A stretch of 63,879 bases of DNA from a bacterium (GCA_035279545.1 DATEHM010000077.1:1-63879); one strand, 5' to 3'. Positions 21,200 to 32,564 are shown, counted from the first letter of the stretch. Numbers and translations: made by a program. Notes: generated from the letters alone by a model not told the origin.

Positions 21200-22101
21200 T
21201 CCTTCCTCACGTCGCGGTGCTTGACCCGCACGACGTAGCCCGCTTCGCGCAGGAACCTGGCCAGTTCCTCGCCCACGACCACCGAGCGGTGCCGGCCGCC
21301 GGTGCACCCGATGGCCACCGTCAGGTGGCTCTTCCCCTCCGCCGTAAACTGCGGCAGGAGGTAGGAGAGCAGTTCGTGCAGCCGCCGCTGGAACTCCGCG
21401 GTCTGCGGCGCCCGCAGCACGAACTCGCGAATCTCCGGGCTGCTCCCCGGCAGCGCGCTCAGCGCCTCGACGTAGTAGGGATTTGGCAGGAAGCGTACGT
21501 CGAAGATCAGATCGGAATCGAGGGGAATCCCGTACTTGTAGCCGAAGCTGACCACGGTGACCGTCAACGTCCGGCGGCCGTCGGTGCGGACAAACGTATC
21601 CGCCAGCTCCTGCTTGAGCTCCCTCGCCGTCAGCGTGCTGGTGTTGATGATCCGGTGCGCGAGCTCCTTCAGCGGCTGCAGACGCCGGCGCTCGGCACGG
21701 ATGCCATCGAGCACACTCCCGCCGAGCGGGTGCTTGCGCCGGGTTTCCTCGTAGCGCCGGACCAGGATCTCGTCCGAGGCGTCCAGGAACAGAATCTGAA
21801 ACCGGATGCCGCTCTGTTCCAGGCTCTCCAGCGCCGCCCCGAGTTGATCAAAAAACTCTCCACCCCGGATGTCGCTCACCAACGCGACGTGCCGGATGCG
21901 GCCCTGCGATTCTTTGATCACCTCTGCGAATTTCGGAATGAGCGCGGGGGGGAGGTTGTCGACGCAGAAAAACCCCAGATCCTCAAGCGAATGCGTGGCC
22001 AGCGACTTCCCCGCGCCGCTCAGCCCGGTGACGATGAGGAACTCCATCTCCTCGCCGACCGCGCCGGCGGGGTCGCCCGCGACGGACTGCCGGCTCGCCA
22101 T
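21196..22101 (-). CDS. rapZ: RNase adapter / nucleotide-binding protein RapZ (YvcJ)
   Basis: ORF 21196..22173 trimmed to ATG 22101-22099 (1-nt overlap with the upstream stop). Motifs seen: Walker A GLSGAGKS and the C-terminal IGCTGGRHRSV motif. 301 aa. Confidence 0.88.
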   Translation of the reverse strand: MASRQSVAGDPAGAVGEEMEFLIVTGLSGAGKSLATHSLEDLGFFCVDNLPPALIPKFAEVIKESQGRIRHVALVSDIRGGEFFDQLGAALESLEQSGIRFQILFLDASDEILVRRYEETRRKHPLGGSVLDGIRAERRRLQPLKELAHRIINTSTLTARELKQELADTFVRTDGRRTLTVTVVSFGYKYGIPLDSDLIFDVRFLPNPYYVEALSALPGSSPEIREFVLRAPQTAEFQRRLHELLSYLLPQFTAEGKSHLTVAIGCTGGRHRSVVVGEELARFLREAGYVVRVKHRDVRKE

Positions 22102-22439
22102 CAGTCCGCAACCAGGCGGCTGAGGACGGCGCTGATCACGCTGAGCACGATGGCGCCGATGAGCGCCGCCCAAAAACTCGCCAGCTGCAGGCGGTGCGTC
22201 ACGCCCGCCACCAGGTAGAGCATCGCGGCGTTCACGACCAGCGTGAAAAGGCCGAGGGTCAAAATCGTCAACGGCAGGGTCAGGATCAGCACCACGGGCC
22301 GGATCACCGCGTTGACGATCCCCAGCACCAGCGCCGCCACGACCGCCCCCCCCAAATCCGCAACCCGGACCCCGGGGACGATCAGCGTGGTCAGATAGAG
22401 GGCAATCGCATTAATGATCCACCGGACGATGAATCCCAT
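22101..22439 (-). CDS. DUF360 / 4-TM phage-holin-family-IV-like membrane protein
   Basis: 112 aa, four hydrophobic helices (MGFIVRWIINAIALYLTTLIVPGV...). First gene of the DUF360-rapZ-yvcK unit. Confidence 0.65.
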   Translation of the reverse strand: MGFIVRWIINAIALYLTTLIVPGVRVADLGGAVVAALVLGIVNAVIRPVVLILTLPLTILTLGLFTLVVNAAMLYLVAGVTHRLQLASFWAALIGAIVLSVISAVLSRLVAD

Positions 22440-22453
22440 CGACTTGACTTTTG

Positions 22454-22462
22454 ATTATAGCA
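22454..22462 (-). promoter_or_regulatory. candidate extended -10 promoter (TGCTATAAT)
   Basis: Minus strand reads tgcTATAAT, with the hexamer ending 14 nt before the DUF360 ATG and no Shine-Dalgarno between them. This suggests a very short-leader or leaderless transcript. Confidence 0.4.
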
Positions 22463-22516
22463 GGTTGGGTTGACCGGGGATACGGCCGGGCCCAGCGCGC
22501 GCGGCGGCGGCCGGGC

Positions 22517-23416
22517 CTACCCGGAAGACCGGCGAGTGGCCGGAGCGTCCTTCAACCGTTCGCGCAGCAGCGCGGGGATCTCGCTGACCAGCGTGGCGAC
22601 CGCCACCCCCACCGCTTCGAGCGTCCGCATCTTATGCTCGGCGGTCCCCGCGGTCCCCGAGATCACGGCCCCGGCGTGCCCCATCCGTTTGCCGGCGGGG
22701 GCGGTCCGGCCGGCGATGTAGGCGGCGACCGGCTTCTTCACGTGCGCGGCGATGTGCCGCGCGGCGTCTTCCTCTGCCGCGCCGCCGATCTCACCGATCA
22801 GGACGATGGCATGCGTATCCGGGTCGGCGTTGAAGAGTTGGAGGATGTCCACGTAGCTCATCCCGACCACGGGATCGCCGCCCAGGCCCACAGCCGTCGA
22901 CTGGCCGAACCCCGCGTGAGTCAGGCCGGCCACAATCTCGTAGGTGAGCGTCCCACTGCGGGATACGATTCCCACATGACCGGGGGTGAACAGGTGCGTG
23001 GGCATGATCCCCACTCGGCACTGCCCCGGCGTCGTCACCCCAGGCCCGTTGGGGCCGAGCACCCGGACCACCTGTCGGCCGGCGTAGGCGACGACCTCGA
23101 TCGCATCGTGAACCGGCATCCCCTCGGTGATGATCACGACGGGGTTGAGCCGGGAGGCGATCGCTTCCAGCGCCGCGTCGCGGGCGAACCGGGCGGGCAC
23201 AAAGATGGCAGTGGCGTTGGCCCCGGTCGCGCCCACCGCCTCATCCACGGTCTCGAACACCGGCACCCCGTGGACCTTCGTCCCTCCCTTCCCGGGGGTG
23301 ACCCCGGCGACCACCCGCGTCCCCGCTTTGAGCATCAGGTCCGTGTGGAACATCCCCTGGTAGCCGGTGATCCCCTGGACCAGCAGCCGCGTGTCGCGGT
23401 CCACCAGGATCGCCAT
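22517..23416 (-). CDS. sucD: succinyl-CoA synthetase alpha subunit
   Basis: 299 aa with [21 protein letters not shown].. and GHAGAVISG (phosphohistidine loop). Confidence 0.95.
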   Translation of the reverse strand: MAILVDRDTRLLVQGITGYQGMFHTDLMLKAGTRVVAGVTPGKGGTKVHGVPVFETVDEAVGATGANATAIFVPARFARDAALEAIASRLNPVVIITEGMPVHDAIEVVAYAGRQVVRVLGPNGPGVTTPGQCRVGIMPTHLFTPGHVGIVSRSGTLTYEIVAGLTHAGFGQSTAVGLGGDPVVGMSYVDILQLFNADPDTHAIVLIGEIGGAAEEDAARHIAAHVKKPVAAYIAGRTAPAGKRMGHAGAVISGTAGTAEHKMRTLEAVGVAVATLVSEIPALLRERLKDAPATRRSSG

Positions 23417-23417
23417 C

Positions 23418-24545
23418 TTACGCCGCCCCGGGGGGGCGAGACGTCGCTCGGGGCAACGCCACCGCCTGCTGGGCCGCCCCGTCCGGATCGAGTCCCGCCG
23501 AGATGCCGGCCGCCTTGAGGATTTGCTGCCCTTCCTCCTCGTTCGTCCCGGTCAGCCTGATGCTCGCCGGAACCTTCGGCGGATCCTGCACGATGCCCTT
23601 CGCCACATCGTCGCAGCGGGTGATCCCGCCGAATACATTAATGAAGAGCGCCCGGATCCCGGGCTTTCGCTGCACGATGCCGATGGCCTTGCGCATCCCT
23701 TCCGCCGTCGCCCCACCCCCGATGTCGAGGAAGTTGGCTGCCCGCCCGCCGAAATGCGCCAGGAGGTCGAGGGTGCTCATGACCAGTCCCGCGCCGTTCC
23801 CGATGACGGCGATGTCCCCCTCCAGTTCAACGTAGGACAACCCATTGGAGCGCGCCTCCCGCTCGAGTGGGGTGAGCTCCTCCGAGGCCGGTCGGTCCGT
23901 GTGCCGATACGCCGCGTTGTCGTCGAGGACGAGCTTGGCGTCGATGCAGAGCAGGGTGGACCCCACAACGGCCAGCGGGTTGATCTCTGCCAGTTCGGCG
24001 TCCTCGGCCCAGTACAACCGATAGAGGCGACCGACGATCGCGGCGAATTCGTCGAGGCGTGGACCGGCAAACCCCAACCGGCGGCCGATCGCGCGGCCCT
24101 GAAATGGCGGACACCCGAGAAACGGATCGATCGCCACGGTCACGATTTTCTCGGGGGTCGTCTTCGCCACGGTTTCGATCTCCACCCCGCCAGCCGCGGA
24201 GGCCACGGCGACCGCCCGCCTGGCGGTGCGATCGGTGACAAAGGCAAGGTAGTATTCTGCGGCGATGTCCGCCGCGGGGGCCACCAGCACCCGGTCCACC
24301 CGCTCTCCGCCGATCGACATCCCAAGGATCGCCCGGGCACGGGCCTCGGCCTCGGTCGGAGTCTTGGCGAGCTGGACGCCCCCCGCCTTCCCGCGGCCCC
24401 CCACGAGCACTTGGGCCTTGATGACCACGGGATAGCGAAGGCTCAGCCCGGCCACCTGCTCTGGGCGCTCGATCACGATCCCGGGCTGGACGGGGAGGTC
24501 GTACCGCGCGAAGACCTCCTTGGCCTGATACTCGTGGAGTTTCAT
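23418..24545 (-). CDS. sucC: succinyl-CoA synthetase beta subunit
   Basis: 375 aa starting MKLHEYQAKEVFARYDLPV.., with an ATP-grasp N-terminus and INVFGGITRCD. Confidence 0.95.
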   Translation of the reverse strand: MKLHEYQAKEVFARYDLPVQPGIVIERPEQVAGLSLRYPVVIKAQVLVGGRGKAGGVQLAKTPTEAEARARAILGMSIGGERVDRVLVAPAADIAAEYYLAFVTDRTARRAVAVASAAGGVEIETVAKTTPEKIVTVAIDPFLGCPPFQGRAIGRRLGFAGPRLDEFAAIVGRLYRLYWAEDAELAEINPLAVVGSTLLCIDAKLVLDDNAAYRHTDRPASEELTPLEREARSNGLSYVELEGDIAVIGNGAGLVMSTLDLLAHFGGRAANFLDIGGGATAEGMRKAIGIVQRKPGIRALFINVFGGITRCDDVAKGIVQDPPKVPASIRLTGTNEEEGQQILKAAGISAGLDPDGAAQQAVALPRATSRPPGAA

Positions 24546-24567
24546 GCGGCTACCCTCTACGCGAAGG

Positions 24568-25506
24568 CTACAGCTTGAGCAGATCTACGTTTTCCCGGAT
24601 GCTGGCGACCGCGGCATCGAACGCCTTGCGCTCGCCGTCGTCCATGGGCGTCTCGAGGATGCGCTCGACCCCCCCCGCCCCGAGCACCGCGGGGACGCCC
24701 ACGTACAGATCACGGACCCCGTACTGGCCCGTCAGGCGGGCGGAGAGAGGGAGGACGCGCTTGCGGTCGAGCAGGATCGCCTCTACCATCTGGGTGATCG
24801 CGGCTCCGGGGGCGAAGAAGGCGCTGCTCGTCTTGAGCAGGCTCACGATCTCCGCCCCACCCCGCCGGGTCCGCTCGACGACCGCGGCGATCCGCTCCGC
24901 CGGCAGGAGACGGCGGAGCGGGATCCCCCCGACCGTGGCCAGGCTCGCCAGCGGGACCATGTGGGTATCGCTGTGTGCCCCGATCACCATCGCCGACACA
25001 TCTTGAACGGAGACCCCGAGCGCCTGTGCGATAAAAGTGCGGAAGCGGGTGCTGTCGAGTGCCCCGCTCTGGCCCAGCACCCGCTCCGCGGGAAACCCAC
25101 TCACCTTGTGGACGAGATACACCATGACGTCCAGGGGGTTGGTCACGACGATCAAGTGCGCGGCGGGGGAGCGTTTGGTCACCTGCTCGGTGACGCCCCG
25201 CACGATCCCGGCGTTCGTGGCGAGAAGGTCTTCACGGCTCATCCCCGGCTTGCGGGCGATCCCGGCGACGATGACGACGACATCCGACTGGGCGGTCTCA
25301 TCGTAGCCGTTGCTGCCGGTCACCCGGAAGTCCACCCCCTCAATGGGGCCCGCCTGAAGGAGGTCCAGCGCCTTCCCCTGCGGCATGTCCTCCACGACGT
25401 CTACCAACACGACGTCGGCCAGCCTGTGCGCGAGGATGCCCTGGGCCGCCGTATGTCCGACGTTGCCCGCCCCGACGATCGTGACCTTCGCGCGCGTTCG
25501 CACCAC
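24568..25506 (-). CDS. mdh: malate dehydrogenase (LDH-like family)
   Basis: 312 aa with KVTIVGAGNVGHTAA.., IARKPGMSREDLL, GAHSD. Confidence 0.9.
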   Translation of the reverse strand: MVRTRAKVTIVGAGNVGHTAAQGILAHRLADVVLVDVVEDMPQGKALDLLQAGPIEGVDFRVTGSNGYDETAQSDVVVIVAGIARKPGMSREDLLATNAGIVRGVTEQVTKRSPAAHLIVVTNPLDVMVYLVHKVSGFPAERVLGQSGALDSTRFRTFIAQALGVSVQDVSAMVIGAHSDTHMVPLASLATVGGIPLRRLLPAERIAAVVERTRRGGAEIVSLLKTSSAFFAPGAAITQMVEAILLDRKRVLPLSARLTGQYGVRDLYVGVPAVLGAGGVERILETPMDDGERKAFDAAVASIRENVDLLKL

Positions 25507-25521
25507 TCCTATCCCTCCAGC

Positions 25522-26766
<1,245 letters not shown>

Positions 26767-26771
26767 GGCGC

Positions 26772-27524
26772 CTAGGTCCCCCGCGGTTCTTTCTTCCCGC
26801 CGAAGAGCCGGAGAAGCGCCCGCCACGGATCGAAGTACTCGTCCGCCATCCGCTCCTTCAGCGGGATGATCGCATTGTCGGTGATGTGGATGTGCTCCGG
26901 GCACACCTCTTCGCAGCACTTCGTGATGTTGCAGAACCCGATCCCGCCCGCGCCCTTGAGCAGGTCGGTGCGGGAGAGGGTATCCTTCGGGTGCATCTCC
27001 AGGGCGGCGATCCGCACCATGAACCGCGGGCCCATGTACCGTTCGAACCCCTCGTGCTCCCGCAGGACGTGACAGACATCCTGACAGAGGAAGCACTCAA
27101 TACACTTGCGGAACTCGAAGAGCCGGTCCACATCCTCGGGGTACATCGTCCACGGCGCGGAATCCTTGGGATCCGGGGTGAACGGCGGGATCCGCTCGTT
27201 CATCCGGTAGTTCCAGGAGACGTTCGTCACCAGGTCCTTGATCAGCGGGAACACCTTGATCGGCCGGACCACGACGGGCTGGGCCCCGAACTCATCGACC
27301 CGGGTCTTGCACATCAGCCGCGGCCGCCCGTTGATTTCGGCGCTGCAAGACCCGCACTTGGCCGCCTTGCAGTTCCACCGGCAGGCCAGCGTGCCGTCCA
27401 AGTGACCTTGGATGTAGTGAATCCCGTCGAGGACCACCATGCCTTCGGTGATCGGCACCATGTAGGTGACGAGATCCCCCCCCTTGGCATCGCCTCGGAA
27501 TACCTGGAACGTCGCATCCGCCAT
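26772..27524 (-). CDS. sdhB: succinate dehydrogenase/fumarate reductase iron-sulfur subunit
   Basis: ORF 26772..27851 trimmed to ATG 27524-27522, with GGAGGA upstream. 250 aa with Cys clusters [36 protein letters not shown]. Confidence 0.92.
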   Translation of the reverse strand: MADATFQVFRGDAKGGDLVTYMVPITEGMVVLDGIHYIQGHLDGTLACRWNCKAAKCGSCSAEINGRPRLMCKTRVDEFGAQPVVVRPIKVFPLIKDLVTNVSWNYRMNERIPPFTPDPKDSAPWTMYPEDVDRLFEFRKCIECFLCQDVCHVLREHEGFERYMGPRFMVRIAALEMHPKDTLSRTDLLKGAGGIGFCNITKCCEEVCPEHIHITDNAIIPLKERMADEYFDPWRALLRLFGGKKEPRGT

Positions 27525-27571
27525 CTGCAACCCCTTGCCCCGTCCTCCGTCCAGTTGGAGCTCCCGCGGCG

Positions 27572-29287
27572 CTAGCCCTTCACCAGGGCGGCGAGCTCCG
27601 CCGGCATCTGCGGCACCGGGCGGGTGGTCACCGTCATCCCACCGCCGTTCTTGCGCACCACGATGTTCTTGGCCCCCCATTCGGGGGTTTGTTCCCCAAA
27701 GTCCAACCGCCAGTGCGCCCCGCGGCTCTCCTTCCGCTCGATCGCCGACCGGAAGATCGCCTCGCACAGCGTGAGCATGAAGCGCACGTCCCGGGTCATA
27801 TGCCACCCAGGGTTGAAGAGCATGGACCCGGTGGCCCGGAGATTCTCGCACCGCCGCTGTAACGCCAGAATCTTCTCAAGGCCCTGGGCGAGTTGCTCGC
27901 CGGTCCGGGCGATCCCGGCGTAGGTCCCCATCACTTCCTGCAGCTCCTCGTGAATGGCAAAGGGATTCTCCTGTCCGCCGCCCTCGAACGGGTGCAGCAT
28001 CAGCTTCCGCTCTTCGTCGACCTGGTGCTCGTCGGCCCGCGGGACGGCACGGAGGCCTTTCGCGTACGCCGCGGCGTGCTCGCCCGCCCGCTTGCCGAAC
28101 ACCAACAGGTCTGAGAGCGAGTTCCCCCCCAGTCGGTTCGCCCCGTGGAGCCCCGCCGCAACCTCGCCGGCGGCGAACAGGCCGGGGACGGTCGTCGCGC
28201 CGGTTCCGGCTTCGACCCGAACCCCCCCCATCACATAGTGGATCGTCGGAGCGACCTCCATCGGGGATTTCGTGATGTCGATATCGGCGAGTTTGAGGAA
28301 CTGCTCGTACATGCTGGGCAGCTTCTTCTTGATGAACTCGGCTCCGCGGTGGCTGATGTCCAGAAACGCCCCCCCGTGGGGGCTTCCCCGCCCCGCCTGC
28401 ACTTCCTTATAAATAGATCGGGCCACGACGTCGCGGCTGCTCAGCTCCATCTTCTTCGGGTCGTAGCGCTCCATGAAGCGCTCGCCGGTGCTGTTCCGGA
28501 GCAGGCCGCCCTCGCCGCGCACCGCCTCGGTGACGAGGATGCCGCGCACCCCCGGGGGCCAGACCATGCCGGTCGGGTGAAACTGCACCATTTCCATGTC
28601 CATCAATTCCGCCCCGGCGTCGTAGGCCATCGCACAGCCGTCCCCCGTGCACTCCCACGAGTTGCTGGTCACGCGGAAGACCTTCCCCCAGCCGCCGGTC
28701 CCCAAGACCACCGCCTTCGCCCGGAACAGCACGAACCGGCCGTCCTCGCGCCGATAGCCGAACGCCCCCGCGATCCGCTCCGCGTCCCGAAGGAGGCGGG
28801 TGATCGTGATCTCCATGTACACCTTGATCCCGCCGTGCACGGCCTTGTCCTGGAGTGTGCGGATCAACTCCAACCCGGTCCGGTCGCCCACGTGGCAGAG
28901 CCGCCGGTACGTATGGGCGCCGAACGGCCGTTGGAGGATCTTTCCCCCCGGGGTCCGGTCGAAGAGTCCGCCCCAGCGCTCCAACTCGTACACGCGCTCG
29001 GGCGCCTCCTTGGCGAAGATTTCCACCATCCGGTAATCGTTGATCATCTGGCCGCCGCGCATGGTGTCCCCAAAGTGGACCTGCCAGTTGTCTTTGGGAT
29101 CCACGTTGCCCAGCGCCGCCGCGATGCCGCCTTCGGCCATGACCGTGTGCGCCTTGCCGAGGAGGGATTTGCAGACGAGGCCGACCGAGAGTCCGGCCTC
29201 CACCGCCGCGATCGACGCGCGCAGACCCGCTCCCCCCGCCCCGATGACCAGGATGTCGTGCTCGAAGGCTTCGTGCCGATCCGCCAC
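27572..29287 (-). CDS. sdhA: succinate dehydrogenase/fumarate reductase flavoprotein subunit
   Basis: 571 aa with DILVIGAGGAGLRASI, HPTG, HGANRLGGNSL. Confidence 0.95.
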   Translation of the reverse strand: MADRHEAFEHDILVIGAGGAGLRASIAAVEAGLSVGLVCKSLLGKAHTVMAEGGIAAALGNVDPKDNWQVHFGDTMRGGQMINDYRMVEIFAKEAPERVYELERWGGLFDRTPGGKILQRPFGAHTYRRLCHVGDRTGLELIRTLQDKAVHGGIKVYMEITITRLLRDAERIAGAFGYRREDGRFVLFRAKAVVLGTGGWGKVFRVTSNSWECTGDGCAMAYDAGAELMDMEMVQFHPTGMVWPPGVRGILVTEAVRGEGGLLRNSTGERFMERYDPKKMELSSRDVVARSIYKEVQAGRGSPHGGAFLDISHRGAEFIKKKLPSMYEQFLKLADIDITKSPMEVAPTIHYVMGGVRVEAGTGATTVPGLFAAGEVAAGLHGANRLGGNSLSDLLVFGKRAGEHAAAYAKGLRAVPRADEHQVDEERKLMLHPFEGGGQENPFAIHEELQEVMGTYAGIARTGEQLAQGLEKILALQRRCENLRATGSMLFNPGWHMTRDVRFMLTLCEAIFRSAIERKESRGAHWRLDFGEQTPEWGAKNIVVRKNGGGMTVTTRPVPQMPAELAALVKG

Positions 29288-29327
29288 TCCTCGCCTCCCG
29301 GAAGGCCTCCGCCCAGCCGCTTCGGCC

Positions 29328-30056
29328 CTAGAACAACTTCAGGTCGACGATCATCCCGGCGCCGAGCAGCCGGACGTACACGTCGGCCGCGACCACCGAG
29401 AACAAGCTCGCCCACGCCCATGGCGCGTGCCGGTGGTTCAACGGGGTCACCCACGACCACAGACGGAAGCGCAAACGGCCCCCGGCCGCGCACGAGTAGC
29501 AATCGAGGTTTCCGCCCACCATATGCCGAAACGCATGGCAGCCGAGCGTGTACGCGGAGAGCAGCACGACGTTTGCGAGGAAGACCAGCGACCCCAGGTG
29601 CACGCCGAAGTGCCCGCCAAAGTCGAACGCCCGAACGGCATCGACCCACAGGAAGACGAGAACGATCAGGGCGGCGTAGAGGAGGTACCGGTGCAGATTG
29701 TTCAGGATGAATGGGAACGCCGTCTCGCCCGCGTATCCCCGTCGGGACTCCGCGATCATGCACGCGATCGGGTCGGCGAAGTAGGATCGGTAGTAGGCCT
29801 TGCGGTAATAGTAGCAGGTTGCCCGAAATCCCGCGGGGGCCCAGAGGACCCAGAACGCCGGCGAGATCGGGATGGCTGCGATCGTCACCGGGGGCGAGTA
29901 GAACGGGGAGAGGTAGGGAGCCACGTACCCGTGTCCCTGAAAGGCAACCCAGCCCGCGTAGACGACAAAGCCCGAGAGAATCGTGACGGTGGCTGCGGGC
30001 TGCAACCACCAGGGGAGGGACAGGGCAGACGAACGCGTTGCCGCGTGATCGGCCAT
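29328..30056 (-). CDS. sdhC: succinate dehydrogenase/fumarate reductase membrane anchor (single cytochrome-b-type subunit)
   Basis: 242 aa, 5-6 hydrophobic helices with conserved-looking His residues (LGCHAFRHM). Called mainly from the sdhC-A-B context; no second small anchor gene is present. Confidence 0.7.
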   Translation of the reverse strand: MADHAATRSSALSLPWWLQPAATVTILSGFVVYAGWVAFQGHGYVAPYLSPFYSPPVTIAAIPISPAFWVLWAPAGFRATCYYYRKAYYRSYFADPIACMIAESRRGYAGETAFPFILNNLHRYLLYAALIVLVFLWVDAVRAFDFGGHFGVHLGSLVFLANVVLLSAYTLGCHAFRHMVGGNLDCYSCAAGGRLRFRLWSWVTPLNHRHAPWAWASLFSVVAADVYVRLLGAGMIVDLKLF

Positions 30057-30182
30057 CGGTCTCTACCTAGGGACTGACGTCGGGAACTGCGGGGATATTC
30101 CGCTCGGCGGCCCCGGTTTCCTCCCGCAGGCGCGCGCGCGGTATACTGAAGTCACAGGAACGGCGGATGCGGAGGAAATACG

Positions 30183-31613
30183 ATGAGCACGGAGGGACAG
30201 CACCGGATCGAACACGACGCCCTCGGGGACGTGCGCGTGCCGGCCGACGCGTACTACGGCGCGCAGACCGTGCGGGCGATTGAGAACTTTCCGATCAGCG
30301 GCCTCCGGCTCCCCCGCGCGTTCATCGCCGCGACCGCCACGATCAAGCGAGCGGCGGCGGAGGTCAACGCCGCGCTCGGCCTCCTCGACCCGAAGATCGC
30401 CGCCGCGATCGCCCAGGCGGCCCAGGAGGTCATTGAAGGGAAGTGGGACGCGCAGTTTCCCATCGACGCATTTCAGATGGGCGCCGGCACGTCCCAGAAC
30501 ATGAACGCCAACGAGGTGATCGCCAACCGCGCGATCGAGCTGCTGGGGGGCCGGCGGGGCAACTACCAGATCGTGCATCCCAACGATCATGTGAACATGG
30601 CGCAGTCTACCAACGATGTCACGCCGACGGCGATCCGGCTCGCCGCCCTGATGACCCTCGGCGACCTGCTGGCGGTGCTTGAGACCTTAGTGGAAGCCCT
30701 GGGCCAGAAGGCGCACGAGTTCGACGACATCGTGAAGGCCGGCCGCACTCACCTGCAGGACGCCGTACCGGTGCGTCTGGGGCAGGAGTTCGGGGCTTAC
30801 GCGCTGGCGGTCGCCAACGACATCGAGCGCATCAAGAACGCCCGCGAGCGTCTGCTCTATCTCGGGATCGGGGGAACCGCGACCGGGACCGGCCTGAACG
30901 CTGACCCGCAGTACCACGCGCGGATGGTGCGCCGGCTTTCGGAGCTAACGGGCCTGCCGCTGCGGGGCTCCGGGAACCTCTTCGAATCGATGCAAAACAC
31001 CGCCGACGCGCTGGAGTGCTCGGCCGCGCTTCGGACGCTCACCGCGACGCTCACCCGGATCGCCAACGACCTGCGGCTGATGACGTCGGGGCCGAACACC
31101 GGGCTCGATGAGATCCGCCTCCCCCCGGTGCTGCCGGGGTCGTCGATCATGCCGGGCAAAGTGAACCCTTCCATGGCCGAGATGCTGAACATGGTGTGCT
31201 TCCACGTCATGGGGAACGACCTGACGGTGCTCCTCGCCACCCAGGCGGGGCAGCTGGAGCTCAACGTGATGTTGCCGGTCATCGCGCTCAACGTGCTGCA
31301 GTCGATCCAACTCCTCACCAACGGGGTGCGCGCGTTCACGGACCGGTGCGTCCGCGGCATCACGGCCAACGAGGCGCGGTGCCGGCACTGGGTGGAGCAC
31401 AGCGCCGCCCTGGCGACCGCGCTCAACCCCTACCTCGGCTACAGCAAGGTTGCCGAGGTCGTCAAGGAATTCGTGCGGACGGGACAGCCGATCCGGCAGA
31501 TCATCTTGGACCGGGGGCTCCTCTCCGAAGCCCAACTCAACGACATCTTGTCGGTGCGGGCGATGACCGAGCCGGGGATTCCGGGGAAGGCGGCCGGCAA
31601 GGCCCGTGGCTAG
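30183..31613 (+). CDS. aspA: aspartate ammonia-lyase-like member of the class II fumarase/aspartase superfamily
   Basis: 476 aa with the GSSIMPGKVNP signature. The N-terminus IEHDALGDVRVPADAYYGAQTVRAIENFPISG, plus GAGTSQNMNANEVIANRA and VCFHVMGND, resemble aspartases (AspA/AspB) more than FumC as I recall them. Confidence 0.7.
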   Translation: MSTEGQHRIEHDALGDVRVPADAYYGAQTVRAIENFPISGLRLPRAFIAATATIKRAAAEVNAALGLLDPKIAAAIAQAAQEVIEGKWDAQFPIDAFQMGAGTSQNMNANEVIANRAIELLGGRRGNYQIVHPNDHVNMAQSTNDVTPTAIRLAALMTLGDLLAVLETLVEALGQKAHEFDDIVKAGRTHLQDAVPVRLGQEFGAYALAVANDIERIKNARERLLYLGIGGTATGTGLNADPQYHARMVRRLSELTGLPLRGSGNLFESMQNTADALECSAALRTLTATLTRIANDLRLMTSGPNTGLDEIRLPPVLPGSSIMPGKVNPSMAEMLNMVCFHVMGNDLTVLLATQAGQLELNVMLPVIALNVLQSIQLLTNGVRAFTDRCVRGITANEARCRHWVEHSAALATALNPYLGYSKVAEVVKEFVRTGQPIRQIILDRGLLSEAQLNDILSVRAMTEPGIPGKAAGKARG

Positions 31614-31699
31614 CGCCCCGCAGGCGGACCCCATCGTCCCGGCCGAATAACCTGCCATGGTCGCCCCGCGGGGAACCGTCGAGAGAAGCGAGGTGAGCG

Positions 31700-32554
31700 A
31701 TGCACTTTGACTTCTCCTCGCTCATCTGGCTGTTCTTCATCGTCTCGCTGCTCCAACCGCTGCTGACCCGGCAGTGGCAGCAGGCGACCCGGCTGCGGGT
31801 GTTTCAGCAATTGGAGCGCACCCGGAACAGCCGGGTCATCGCGCTGATCCACCGCGAGGAGACGATGAACCTGCTGGGGTTCCCGCTCGTGCGCTACATC
31901 GACATTCAGGACTCCGAGGAAGTACTGCGGGCGATTCGGCTCACCCCGCCGGACCTGCCGATCGACGTGATCCTGCACACCCCGGGGGGCCTCGTGCTCG
32001 CGGCGGAGCAGATCGCACGGGCGCTGCGCGACCACCCGGGTCGGGTGACCATGTTCGTCCCACACTACGCGATGTCCGGGGGGACGCTGATCGCGCTCGC
32101 CGCCGACGAGGTGGTGATGGACGCCCACGCCGTCCTCGGCCCCGTCGATCCCCAACTGGGAAACCATCCCGCGGTCTCGATCGTCGCGGCCGTGGGCCGG
32201 AAGCCGATCGGACGAGTCGACGACGAGACGCTGATCCTCGCCGACATGGCACAGAAGGCCCTGCAGCAGGTCCGCGCCGTCGTCGTGGAGTTGGCTTCGC
32301 GGCGCCTCCCCGCCGAGCGGGCGGAGGCGCTGGCGACCAGCCTGGCCGGGGGCACGTGGACCCACGACTATCCGATCACCGTGACCGAAGCGCGGGGTCT
32401 GGGATTTTCGGTGTCGACGGAGATGCCGCGGGCGATCTACGACCTGATGCAGCTCTACCCGCAGTCGGGGCGGCGCCGGCCGTCGGTCGAGTACATCCCG
32501 CTGCCGTACCGGTCGCCGGCCGCACCGCTCCCCCACCGAGAGGACCACAAGTAG
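31700..32554 (+). CDS. ClpP-fold serine protease, SDH ('serine dehydrogenase proteinase')/S49-like family, membrane-anchored
   Basis: 284 aa with an N-terminal TM (LIWLFFIVSLLQPLL), then IDVILHTPGGLV...HYAMSGGTLIALAADE, typical of this family. Confidence 0.7.
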   Translation: MHFDFSSLIWLFFIVSLLQPLLTRQWQQATRLRVFQQLERTRNSRVIALIHREETMNLLGFPLVRYIDIQDSEEVLRAIRLTPPDLPIDVILHTPGGLVLAAEQIARALRDHPGRVTMFVPHYAMSGGTLIALAADEVVMDAHAVLGPVDPQLGNHPAVSIVAAVGRKPIGRVDDETLILADMAQKALQQVRAVVVELASRRLPAERAEALATSLAGGTWTHDYPITVTEARGLGFSVSTEMPRAIYDLMQLYPQSGRRRPSVEYIPLPYRSPAAPLPHREDHK

Positions 32555-32564
32555 GGCGAGCGCT

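Noticed and set aside
30183-31613. Calling this gene fumC because it sits beside sdhCAB.
   Set aside because: The N-terminal and central motifs look aspartase-like (see the finding). I kept a superfamily-level call with an aspA preference.
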